From an uncultured virus (IMG/VR IMGVR_UViG_3300022602_000040) (taxonomy: Duplodnaviria; Heunggongvirae; Uroviricota; Caudoviricetes), in IMG/VR virus record IMGVR_UViG_3300022602_000040: a DNA stretch of 60,723 nucleotides; one strand, 5' to 3'. Positions 12,067-21,264 of the stretch are shown here, piece after piece. The notes below the pieces were generated by a model that worked only from the letters and a program-made list of their open reading frames with translations, searched no databases and was not told where the DNA came from. Each line of letters begins with the position of its first letter. Positions within the stretch are counted from its first letter, which is position 1. The translations under genes were made by a program, and so were the position numbers.

Positions 12067-12613
12067 ATACATCTTTCTTGTTGCGGGGGCGTTTGCGTAG
12101 CTCTGTTTGACGTGCTCTGAAATCAGGATCCTGCCACTTCAAACGCATTTGTTCTCTTCTGATATCTCGCTGAGCTTGATCCTCAAACTGTTTAGCGTTT
12201 GCAATTTTCAGTTTGTTTTTTGTCTCTGCAGATTTTGGAACACCTATATTCCATTTACCCCAGACTGGGTTCTGCTTATGACTTTTAGATATTTTGTCCC
12301 CCACATGTAGTCGCTTTTCAACATCTGTGGTCCAATGACCATTTAAGTGCTTCGTTAGGTTGTAATATTTTACGCCTAGCTCGCTATCATCTATTTTTTG
12401 AAGCCAGGTGTACTCTTCTTTCAATAGGTCGTTTCTTTCCGAGTTAACTCTAGCTAGCACACGTCTCTTAAAATCGTTAGGTCTTCTTTTGTAGGCGTTA
12501 CGCATCCATCTCGAACTACAAATATATCCATCAACCTCGGTACCCCAATGTGAACCTATGTAATATCGCTTTTGCTTGCGATCATACCAAAAGTATACAA
12601 ACCCGTATTTCAT
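12062..12613 (-). mobile_element. Free-standing Seg-like GIY-YIG homing endonuclease (HEG2)
   Basis: MKYGFVYFWYDRKQKRYYIGSHWG...YICSS; clear paralogue of HEG1. Confidence 0.88.
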
Positions 12614-12615
12614 AC

Positions 12616-12641
12616 AATACCTCCTTGTTGAAGTATTTATA
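12616..12641 (-). promoter_or_regulatory. Late promoter TATAAATA (12634-12641) with SD-occluding hairpin
   Basis: Stem AATACTTC/GAGGTATT with one G:U pair. Confidence 0.85.
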
Positions 12642-12654
12642 AAATATGGGACCT

Positions 12655-12924
12655 CTAAAAGCTCCCGCCATCTAAATTTAGTGTGCCCGAAAAGTCGGCC
12701 GTCTGTAGTTGTCTTATTTCATATTTATCATTATCAGGATTGTAGATGGGGATAGCACCAGCCACAACATTGACATCCACAACGTCGCCAATTTGGTCGA
12801 GTTTATGAATTTCGTTGATTTGGTTTTTAAGAGTAATAGGTGTCGATGACTGCAGAACACCACCAGCGTTCGATACAGTGACTTTTTGCGTGCTTACTTT
12901 GACAAGAGTAGCATTAAACGCCAT
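12655..12924 (-). CDS. Small virion-associated protein
   Basis: 89 aa ending LDGGSF, in the fibre operon. Confidence 0.7.
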   Translation of the reverse strand: MAFNATLVKVSTQKVTVSNAGGVLQSSTPITLKNQINEIHKLDQIGDVVDVNVVAGAIPIYNPDNDKYEIRQLQTADFSGTLNLDGGSF

Positions 12925-12930
12925 TGTATG

Positions 12931-13257
12931 TTACCTCGTGACTTGAGGTGTTAAAGTAACGATACCTTCAACAAGACGAGATTCGAGACCAGCAGGGCTT
13001 TGTAGAAAACAATCGTACACGAAACGACCGGCACACATGGATGACGTAACAGATGAATTAACCGATAGCGTTACGATGCCCCCATTGCTGATGGTCACGG
13101 TGAAGGGGTACGCGGTGTTGGACGTATAGTGTTTACGCATCTGCGCTGCGCCAGTATAGCCAGTCAAGTCTACTGGTTGGCCATTGTCGTCATTGACATC
13201 AATGTCTGTTGTGTAATCAGCGCCTTGATCGATTACTAAGTTTGCTTTGATAGCCAT
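12931..13257 (-). CDS. Conserved virion structural protein (BppU-N-like)
   Basis: NLVIDQGADY...DLTGY...AQMRKHY...GRFVYD...RLVEGIVTLTP pattern, common in T4-like phages. CATAAATA late-promoter variant at 13283-13290. Confidence 0.75.
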   Translation of the reverse strand: MAIKANLVIDQGADYTTDIDVNDDNGQPVDLTGYTGAAQMRKHYTSNTAYPFTVTISNGGIVTLSVNSSVTSSMCAGRFVYDCFLQSPAGLESRLVEGIVTLTPQVTR

Positions 13258-13290
13258 TATACGTCCTAATATGTTTTATGACTATTTATG

Positions 13291-13809
13291 TTAGCTAATA
13301 GCAGTTGTTGCGTATAGTGAGATGTTCGTGTTAGCGAGTATGGTAGTTGTACCAACTCTACGAATAGCTATATTAAAGTCAACTTGGTTATCACCGGATG
13401 GGCCTGAAACTGTGACTCTCCAATACTGATTAGAGCTGAGAGGTACCCAAGCATTCAATGTACCTGAGGATAACACACCTACGTCTGGTGTAGCATAGGC
13501 TTCATAGTTGACAGCATCTGATGCAGGATTACACCACTGACCTATTTGCGTAAAGTATTGAGTACCTGAGTATACACCTTGATAAACATAGCCATCAGAT
13601 CCTAGCTCGTAAACAGCACTAGCTTGTGCGTAACCTGGAAAATTAGCAGTAATGCTTTGTGGCTGAAGTGTAATGGTAGTTAGGAAATCTACCCAGGAGG
13701 AACCGTTCCATACTTTAGCAGCAGCGGCTGATACCCATGAGGAACCGTTCCATACTTTAACACCATTAGCTCCAGTCCATGCAGATCCGTTCCAAACTTT
13801 TAGTGTCAT
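13291..13809 (-). CDS. Fibre-associated protein with three KVWNGSxW repeats
   Basis: Start reassigned to ATG 13809 (TAATG overlap with the upstream stop). Confidence 0.75.
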   Translation of the reverse strand: MTLKVWNGSAWTGANGVKVWNGSSWVSAAAAKVWNGSSWVDFLTTITLQPQSITANFPGYAQASAVYELGSDGYVYQGVYSGTQYFTQIGQWCNPASDAVNYEAYATPDVGVLSSGTLNAWVPLSSNQYWRVTVSGPSGDNQVDFNIAIRRVGTTTILANTNISLYATTAIS

Positions 13810-16781
13810 TATGGTACCACGATCCAAATATCACCTTGAGCAGACGCAGTAGGTGTGCTTGAACTGTTTGCAACAAACACCTGACCGCCGCCCGTATAAC
13901 CGGACGATACGTGTCTTAGAGTTGGGTTAGTTACAGCTAACGTAAACGATTGACCTGTTCCACCACCCGTGATACCAGTACCGTTCGTGATAGTAATATT
14001 CTGAGTTGGTAGAGTCGCCCAAGAGTTATCCCCACGTAGGTAGGTAGACGTGTTTGCAGTACCAGAACCTAGTCTTGCGGTGTTAACAGTTCCGCTGTTA
14101 AGATAGGAACCGTCAATACCAGACCATACGTTATCCCCACGTAGGAAGGTGTTGTTTGCCGCAATACCGCTGCTACCCAGTCTTGCGATAGCGACTGTAC
14201 CACTCGACAAATAAGAAGCGTTAGCCGCAAGCGCAGCAGCATTTGTATAAGCGGCTGCGGCATTTGTATTCGCCGTAATTGCTGCTGTATATGCCGTAGC
14301 TGCGTTTGTGTTAGCTGTGATCGCTGCCGTATATGCTGTTGCAACTGAGTTGGAAGCAGGAACATACGAAACAGATGTGTTACTGACAGAGTCGAGAATC
14401 TGAGATGTTGTTACATACGTTGCTGTAGTCACACCTGTGGTTCTACCGTATCCATCAAGAGTAATGGATGCAATACCAGCAGAACCGTAAGTACCCGCGC
14501 CTGGACCGTTTGCAGCAAGATCAACCGTAGGAGCTGTTGCTGTCCCCCCAATCGTAATTCTTCCAGCACTAGCCGATGCAACAGACAAGACCCCGGTGTT
14601 CCCCGTAAAATGAACACCAGTTGCATTTGAAACCATCGAGTTACCAGCTAGCACAAACACACCAGTTGTGTTCGAAGCGAGACCATTATTAGCATTGACG
14701 TTCAACGTCAGCGATGCACCAGTACCACCGCCTGTTAGACCATTACCAGCCGAAACAGTTGTTGTATATGTTGCCGAAGCTACGTTTGCAATACGACCAT
14801 ATGCATCAATACCAATTGAAGCTAGTCCGTTGCCACCATATAGAGCATTTCCAGGTCCAGTCGTTGCTAGATCGATTGTAGGAGCAGAATCACCTGAAGA
14901 TGTTACACGACCAGATGTACCAGACACCGAAGAAACACCAGCGATACCGGTAAAGTGAACACCAGTTGCATTTGAAACCATCGAGTTACCAGCTAGAACA
15001 AATACGCCTGATGTATTTGAAGCAAGGCCGTTATTTGCGTTGACGTTCAATGTTAGCGATGCGCCTGAACCACCACCGGTCAAACCATTACCGGCGTTCA
15101 CGGTTGTTGTGTATGTTACCGAGGTTACGTTTGCAATACGACCATATGCATCAACACCGATAGATGCTATACCAGAACCACCATATAGAGCGTTTCCTGG
15201 ACCCGAAGTAGCTAGATCGATTGCTGGAGTAGTTCCTCCCGAAGAAGTAACGCGACCAGACGTTCCGGATACAGTCTGGACTCCTGTATTACCTGTGAAA
15301 TGTACGCCAGTTGCATTCGACACCATCGAGTTACCAGCAACAACAAAAGTACCAGATGTGTTGGCAAAAATACCGTTGTTTGCAAGAACGCTAATACCAG
15401 AAGTATTGACAACCATACCAACGCCAGCAACTGCATACAATGTACCAGTTGACGTGATTGTACCTCCTGTGATACCGTTACCCGAAGCAACAGAGGAAAC
15501 TCTGCTTGCAGCCAACGTGTTTGCTGCAATAGCTGCGTTGTAGGCAACTGTTACTGAGTTAGCTGAAGCTACAACGGTGTTCGATGTATTGGATACGGAG
15601 TCGACTACCTGTACCAAACCTTGGACAGTTGAGTTGCCGTACTGAATGTTTGCGTTAAACGTCGAACCAGCGGTTGTACCGATAGAGAATGTGCTGTTGG
15701 CAGCAGTATAGCTGAAAGACGACACACCAGCAACAGCAATATTTGCTGCAGATGTGATACGACCTGTTGCGTCAACGGTGAACTGTGCAACAGCAGCGGC
15801 GTTACCATACGTACCAGCTACAACTGCAGTGGTTGGTAGACGAGCTGCTGGAAGAGTACCAGCTGTGAGGTAAGTTGCATTGGCTGCCTGAAGCAAAGCT
15901 ACACCCAAAGCAGCGTTGACCGAATTACCAGTTGCTGCTAGAGTGATCGATGTGTTGTTGTACCCATCAACAAGCTGGACAATACCATCCTGAGTCGTAG
16001 ATGACGAACGAATAGCTAGTGTGACGTTTGCCAGTGCAACGTTCGCTCCTGTTACAGACAAAGCTGCAGTCGAGCTACCTACGTTAGCGACGTAGTTACC
16101 AGATGTCTGAGAACCAAGAGCAACAGCGAATAGATCGCTATGAATATTAGCGTATGTGGTACCATTAGAAATCTGCCATCTGGTATTAGATTCGTTCCAG
16201 ATGATGTATGTGTTTGGGGAAGTACCGCGATTGACTTCAATACCTGAGCTGAGGGAAGGTGAACCTACGACGTTGCCATTCAACGTAATAATGTTGTCTT
16301 CGATGATAAGTGCAGTCGTGTTGATGTATGTAGTCGTACCCGTAACGATCAAGTTACCAGAGATCGTTACGTTGTTAGAGAACGTAGCGTTGCCTGTAAT
16401 AGACATTGAGTTAGAGAATGTGGTGTTACCTGTAACAGTCAACGTATTGGATAAGGTCACAGCTCCAGAAACACCTAGCGTGCTTGATAGAGTTGCTGCA
16501 CCAGTGATTCCGACGGTATTGGCAAATGTTGCTGCTCCATTGTAAGTAGCAGCTCCAGCTACAGTTAATGAACCAACGTTTGCAAAAGAGGATACGTTAA
16601 TGAAGCCGGTTACCGTTGTATTACCTGTTGCAAGTGTGTTAGCAAGAGAAGTAGACCCAGTAACGCTAAGGTTGGCTCCAATCGAAGTATTACCTTGAAC
16701 AGTCAACGTTGTTCCGACGTTAGCAGTTGTACCAACGACTAGACCTGCATCTGGAATGATGAAGTTTTGATTAATTGCCAT
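13809..16781 (-). CDS. Tail fibre-like protein with internal repeats
   Basis: IEDNIITLN...GIEVNRG...WNE module, repeated blocks of about 120 aa, C-terminal GDIWI. Confidence 0.8.
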   Translation of the reverse strand: MAINQNFIIPDAGLVVGTTANVGTTLTVQGNTSIGANLSVTGSTSLANTLATGNTTVTGFINVSSFANVGSLTVAGAATYNGAATFANTVGITGAATLSSTLGVSGAVTLSNTLTVTGNTTFSNSMSITGNATFSNNVTISGNLIVTGTTTYINTTALIIEDNIITLNGNVVGSPSLSSGIEVNRGTSPNTYIIWNESNTRWQISNGTTYANIHSDLFAVALGSQTSGNYVANVGSSTAALSVTGANVALANVTLAIRSSSTTQDGIVQLVDGYNNTSITLAATGNSVNAALGVALLQAANATYLTAGTLPAARLPTTAVVAGTYGNAAAVAQFTVDATGRITSAANIAVAGVSSFSYTAANSTFSIGTTAGSTFNANIQYGNSTVQGLVQVVDSVSNTSNTVVASANSVTVAYNAAIAANTLAASRVSSVASGNGITGGTITSTGTLYAVAGVGMVVNTSGISVLANNGIFANTSGTFVVAGNSMVSNATGVHFTGNTGVQTVSGTSGRVTSSGGTTPAIDLATSGPGNALYGGSGIASIGVDAYGRIANVTSVTYTTTVNAGNGLTGGGSGASLTLNVNANNGLASNTSGVFVLAGNSMVSNATGVHFTGIAGVSSVSGTSGRVTSSGDSAPTIDLATTGPGNALYGGNGLASIGIDAYGRIANVASATYTTTVSAGNGLTGGGTGASLTLNVNANNGLASNTTGVFVLAGNSMVSNATGVHFTGNTGVLSVASASAGRITIGGTATAPTVDLAANGPGAGTYGSAGIASITLDGYGRTTGVTTATYVTTSQILDSVSNTSVSYVPASNSVATAYTAAITANTNAATAYTAAITANTNAAAAYTNAAALAANASYLSSGTVAIARLGSSGIAANNTFLRGDNVWSGIDGSYLNSGTVNTARLGSGTANTSTYLRGDNSWATLPTQNITITNGTGITGGGTGQSFTLAVTNPTLRHVSSGYTGGGQVFVANSSSTPTASAQGDIWIVVP

Positions 16782-16793
16782 CGTCGTCCTCTA

Positions 16794-17762
16794 TTACGCC
16801 AGTATCTGGTGTCTAATTGTTTTTACTGAATATGTATTTGCTGTAGTAGCAGTGAAAGTAATGTTTACGTTCGATCCTGTAATTGATGCGTCAAACGTAC
16901 CTAGCTTTGCATTATATATTTCACCATACTTAGAGGTCAACACGTTTGTGGTATTATCGTGAAGAACAAGCATCTCAATCATGTGGACCTGCGAAGGAGA
17001 TCCTGTTGAGTTGTCTACATGAATTTGAACCTTAGCACCTTTACCTAGCGTAAGTGGAAATGAATCGATCGTTGTAGCTGATGTGGTTAATACAGTAATA
17101 TTGTTTGTAAACATTCCACCTTTACCAGCTTGAATAGAGGTAGAGGTGAGCTGTGTATTAACAGTTGAATTACCAAAAGCCAGATTGGTTGCATTTGCCA
17201 CATATCCATTTGCAGTACCAATAGCACCTACTGTGTAGGATGCAGCGTTGACACCAGCAGTGATATTCGTATTACCACCAACGGCTAGAGCAAAACCAGC
17301 AGTTGAAAGAGCATTGACGGATGCACGTAGATTAACAGCATCGACGTTGAAAGCAGGAGCAGAACCCGAAGCATTGACCGACAATGATCCAAGCACGGAC
17401 ATATTACCACCGACGTTGGCTGTCGAAGATATGTTGATGAAACCAGTTACAGTTGTGTTACCACCGTTGAGTGTGTTGTAGCCATACAAGTTATTGAAGA
17501 AACCGTTGTACGTATTAGATGGGGAACCAATATTAATCTGACCATTCGATGACGTTTGAATACTAACGTCCTGAATAGATGTACCCTGTACAAGGTAGTT
17601 ACCTGTGACAGTGAAGTTACCGTTGACAAGCAAAAATCCGTTGTTGACAACAAGAGCATTCGCAGTCGAACCCGAACCCTGAACGAACACTGACTGCTCG
17701 AACCAGTTGTTTGCCCCTGCTACATATAAACCTTTTTCTGCTTTAAATCTTTGATCAGACAT
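16794..17762 (-). CDS. Virion structural/fibre protein
   Basis: Beta-rich, with a C-terminal TIDSF...AKVQI...EMLVLHD...YGEI domain resembling the end of the upstream gene. Confidence 0.75.
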   Translation of the reverse strand: MSDQRFKAEKGLYVAGANNWFEQSVFVQGSGSTANALVVNNGFLLVNGNFTVTGNYLVQGTSIQDVSIQTSSNGQINIGSPSNTYNGFFNNLYGYNTLNGGNTTVTGFINISSTANVGGNMSVLGSLSVNASGSAPAFNVDAVNLRASVNALSTAGFALAVGGNTNITAGVNAASYTVGAIGTANGYVANATNLAFGNSTVNTQLTSTSIQAGKGGMFTNNITVLTTSATTIDSFPLTLGKGAKVQIHVDNSTGSPSQVHMIEMLVLHDNTTNVLTSKYGEIYNAKLGTFDASITGSNVNITFTATTANTYSVKTIRHQILA

Positions 17763-17768
17763 TCTTTA

Positions 17769-20700
17769 TTACTTTATAAGGTTGGCTACAACGGTTACTG
17801 CTGAGTTGGCTTCTGTTTGAGAGAGATACAATTCAACGGCACTCGATGAACTATTTATAGCAGCGGTGAAAGTTCCGAGTGAGTTATTGGCTGGCATTGT
17901 TACAGTACCATATACAGTCAACTGAACATCGGCACTATTCTGTGCAATAATCAATTCGGACATATGAGTGTTGGCGCCATTCTTGATCTGAACCTGGAAC
18001 TTACCAGACGTATACGAACCAGCTCCCGTCTTAGGAAACGCGTAGACAATAATAGGGGAACCAGTGGTTGCACCAATATTTCCGTTTGTCGAAACGTCGA
18101 TGTAATAGTTGGATTGGAAGATTGATGTATTGGTTGTCGAAAGGTTCGATACCGAAAGAATACCATTAACCGTTACGTTTGCATTGTGAGTAGTTTGGTT
18201 AGCTGTAATTGTTGTATTGGACGAGCTGTTGCCAACGAAGTACGATGATGTGTTGACAACGACGTTTGCACCGACATTCAATTGGTTAGCGTTTGCAACG
18301 TTTGTAGTTACGTTGCCAGATAGAGTCGATACGCCTGCAACACTTAATGCACCGCCAACGTTTGCACTCGACGACACATTGATGAAACCAGTAACGGATG
18401 TGTTGCCCGACGCAAGTGTGTTATTGATAGTTGTAGCACCGTTCGCTGTCAGAGCTCCTGCGATAGACGCCGATGTCGATACGTTGACGAATCCAGTGAC
18501 AGTCGTATTGCCTGCAGCCAACGTGTTATTGATCGTTGTGGCGCCAGTGACTCCAAGAGTACCACCTACGCTTGCTGCACCACCAATATTAGCCGATGAT
18601 GATACGTTGATAAATCCAGTTAGCGTGGTATTACCCGCTGCAAGGGTATTGTTGATAGTTGTAGCACCGTTTGCAGTCAAAGTTCCTGTAATTGATGCTG
18701 TGGTCGATACGTTGACGAAACCAGTTACGGTTGTGTTACCAGTAGCCAATACATTGGCTATAGTTGCAGGACCTGCAACAACAAGAGCACCTCCAATGTT
18801 TGCTGCACCCCCAATATTGGCCGTGGAAGATACGTTAATGAAACCAGTAACGGATGTGTTACCCACCGCAAGTGTGTTGGTTACAGTCGCCGCACCGTTG
18901 ACGTTTAGGGTACCACCAATGTTCGCTGAAGTTGATACGTTAATGAATCCGGCGATTGTTGTATTACCAGTTGACAACGTGTTACCGATTATAGCAGCAC
19001 CGTTCACACTTAGCGTACCACCAACGTTCGCTGAACTGGAAATGTTGATGAATCCGGTGACTGTTGTATTGCCAGTTGCCAGTGTATTGGTTACGGTAGT
19101 CGCACCATTTACAGATAGGGTGCCACCAACATTAGCAGAAGACGATACGTTGATGAAACCTGTCAGCGTGGTGTTACCTGTAGCAAGTGTATTGCTGATG
19201 GTCGTTGCACCGTTTACAGATAGCGTACCACCAATAGTTGTAGCGCCACCGACGTTCGCTGTACTAGAAACATTGATGAATCCGGTGACAGTTGTATTGC
19301 CTACCGCTAGTGTATTGGTTACGGTAGTCGCACCATTCACGTTTAGCGTACCACCTACGTTCGCTGTTGTTGATACGTTGATGAAACCAGTTAGAGTTGT
19401 ATTACCTGCGGCCAGCGTGTTAGTGATAGTTGTAGCCCCAATGACACCTAGTGTACCACCGATATTAGCAGCACCTCCAACATTCGCTGTTGTAGAAACA
19501 TTGATGAAACCAGTTACAGAAGTATTACCAGTAGCCAATGTGTTGGTCACGGTAGTTGCACCATTTACGTTCAATGTGCCACCCACGTTAGCGGACGACG
19601 AAACGTTGATGAATCCGGTGACAGATGTGTTACCAGTAGCCAGTGTATTGTTGATTGTTGTAGCACCGTTTGCAGTCAACGTACCCGTGATCATAGCAGA
19701 GGTTGATACGTTGATATAGCCGGTCAGTGTTGTATTGCCAGCAGCAACTGTATTGGTTACCGTAACTGCCCCATTGACGTTTAGATTGCCACCAACGTTA
19801 GCAGAAGAGGATACGTTCAAGAAACCATTGTGTGTGGTGTTGCCCGATGTAAGAGTATTTGTTACAGTAGCCGCACCGTTGACGTTCAATGTCCCGCCTA
19901 CGTTAGCAGACGACGATACGTTGATAAAACCTGTTAGGGTAGTATTACCAGCGGCCAACGTATTTGTTACTGTAGCCGCGCCGTTTACGTTCAACGTACC
20001 ACCGACATTCGCTGATGACGATACGTTGATGAATCCGGTTAGGGTTGTGTTACCTACTGCAAGTGTATTCGTGACTGTTGCTGCTCCGATGACATTTAAT
20101 GTCCCACCAACATTAGCATATGAGCCAACGTTAATAAAACCGGCAATAGTTGTGTTACCAATCAGCGCTGTGTTTGAAACCGTCATGGCGCCGAGAACAC
20201 CTAGAGTGCTCAAAAGATTTGCTGCACCACCTACGCCCATAGTGCTCAGAAGGTTGGCTGCACCCGAAACACCAAACGTACTTAGCATGTTGGCAGCGCC
20301 GCTGACGCCAAACGTACTCAAAGCATTGGCTGCACCAACTACAATAAAGGTATTACCGAATCTCGAAGCACCTGATACGTTGGCGGTACCAACAACTGCT
20401 AGGTTTGCATCTGGTGTTGTTGTTCCTACACCGATGCGATTATCGACCGAGTCGACATACAACGTACCTGCATCGAAGTTGACGTTACCAGCGACGGTGT
20501 GGTTTGTGCCTGTGATAACAACGTTAGATGTAATCGTATGAAGGTCACCACCCATGGTCGTATTCGATACTGAACCATTACCCGAAATTTGGATTGCAGT
20601 GATCGAAGAATTGGTGTTGAACTTTTGTGTGTTTGCCTGTATCATCACATTTGTGGTATTGATATAGGTATTGCTATTAATGGTTACCTGTGACCCTGTT

Positions 20701-21053
20701 GCAGAGACGTTATTTGTAAAATACGCAAGGCCATTAACTGTCGTATTCGACATCAAGTTGGCAGTTGTACCTGTAGCGATTACGTTGGAGGTGATATAGA
20801 GGTTAGCCTGTGTGACCTGTCCGATGCCAGCAATCACGCCACCAGTCAACGCAGTAGACACAACAATCTGGTTAGCGCCGAGAGCACCATACAACTGTCC
20901 GTAACGAGGATTTGTTGTGTTACCAGTATTAGCGAACGTCACGTTAGCTGTAATGATTTCGTTGGAAAGCGCATCAAGAAGAGCATTCGTCTTCAAGATC
21001 ATCGAGTCAAAGGACTCTGTATATACGTCTACGTTTGCAATATATCTAGACAT
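17769..21053 (-). CDS. Long repetitive fibre/beta-helical virion protein
   Basis: 17 copies of a 35/41-aa unit GNTT(L/V)TGFINVSSSANVGGTL(N/S)VNGA(A/T)T(V/I)TNTLA. Confidence 0.82.
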   Translation of the reverse strand: MSRYIANVDVYTESFDSMILKTNALLDALSNEIITANVTFANTGNTTNPRYGQLYGALGANQIVVSTALTGGVIAGIGQVTQANLYITSNVIATGTTANLMSNTTVNGLAYFTNNVSATGSQVTINSNTYINTTNVMIQANTQKFNTNSSITAIQISGNGSVSNTTMGGDLHTITSNVVITGTNHTVAGNVNFDAGTLYVDSVDNRIGVGTTTPDANLAVVGTANVSGASRFGNTFIVVGAANALSTFGVSGAANMLSTFGVSGAANLLSTMGVGGAANLLSTLGVLGAMTVSNTALIGNTTIAGFINVGSYANVGGTLNVIGAATVTNTLAVGNTTLTGFINVSSSANVGGTLNVNGAATVTNTLAAGNTTLTGFINVSSSANVGGTLNVNGAATVTNTLTSGNTTHNGFLNVSSSANVGGNLNVNGAVTVTNTVAAGNTTLTGYINVSTSAMITGTLTANGATTINNTLATGNTSVTGFINVSSSANVGGTLNVNGATTVTNTLATGNTSVTGFINVSTTANVGGAANIGGTLGVIGATTITNTLAAGNTTLTGFINVSTTANVGGTLNVNGATTVTNTLAVGNTTVTGFINVSSTANVGGATTIGGTLSVNGATTISNTLATGNTTLTGFINVSSSANVGGTLSVNGATTVTNTLATGNTTVTGFINISSSANVGGTLSVNGAAIIGNTLSTGNTTIAGFINVSTSANIGGTLNVNGAATVTNTLAVGNTSVTGFINVSSTANIGGAANIGGALVVAGPATIANVLATGNTTVTGFVNVSTTASITGTLTANGATTINNTLAAGNTTLTGFINVSSSANIGGAASVGGTLGVTGATTINNTLAAGNTTVTGFVNVSTSASIAGALTANGATTINNTLASGNTSVTGFINVSSSANVGGALSVAGVSTLSGNVTTNVANANQLNVGANVVVNTSSYFVGNSSSNTTITANQTTHNANVTVNGILSVSNLSTTNTSIFQSNYYIDVSTNGNIGATTGSPIIVYAFPKTGAGSYTSGKFQVQIKNGANTHMSELIIAQNSADVQLTVYGTVTMPANNSLGTFTAAINSSSSAVELYLSQTEANSAVTVVANLIK

Positions 21054-21264
21054 TCTGCTTCCCGTTAATTACCTGCGCTAGCAACTGTTTTAATTCTCTT
21101 AATTCGGCCTCTAGTGAACACATCTTCTCAGCCATCTCCTCGGCTTCTCTTGCCTTCTGTCTGGAGATGACGAGTCTATTATATTCGCTCGTATTTGTAT
21201 TTATGACAGCTCCAGACCTTACATCTTTGTAGAGGCCTGGAGTTTCTGTCTTTAGTAGTTTCAT
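21046..21264 (-). CDS. Conserved small hypothetical protein
   Basis: LYKDVRSGAVINTN..EY plus coiled coil; overlaps both neighbours. Confidence 0.75.
   Translation of the reverse strand: MKLLKTETPGLYKDVRSGAVINTNTSEYNRLVISRQKAREAEEMAEKMCSLEAELRELKQLLAQVINGKQNV

Noticed and set aside
18217..20541. Long plus-strand ORFs (500 and 268 aa) and many shorter ones opposite the fibre genes
   Set aside because: They are antisense shadows of repetitive Thr/Val/Asn/Gly codons, with no SD or recognisable domain.
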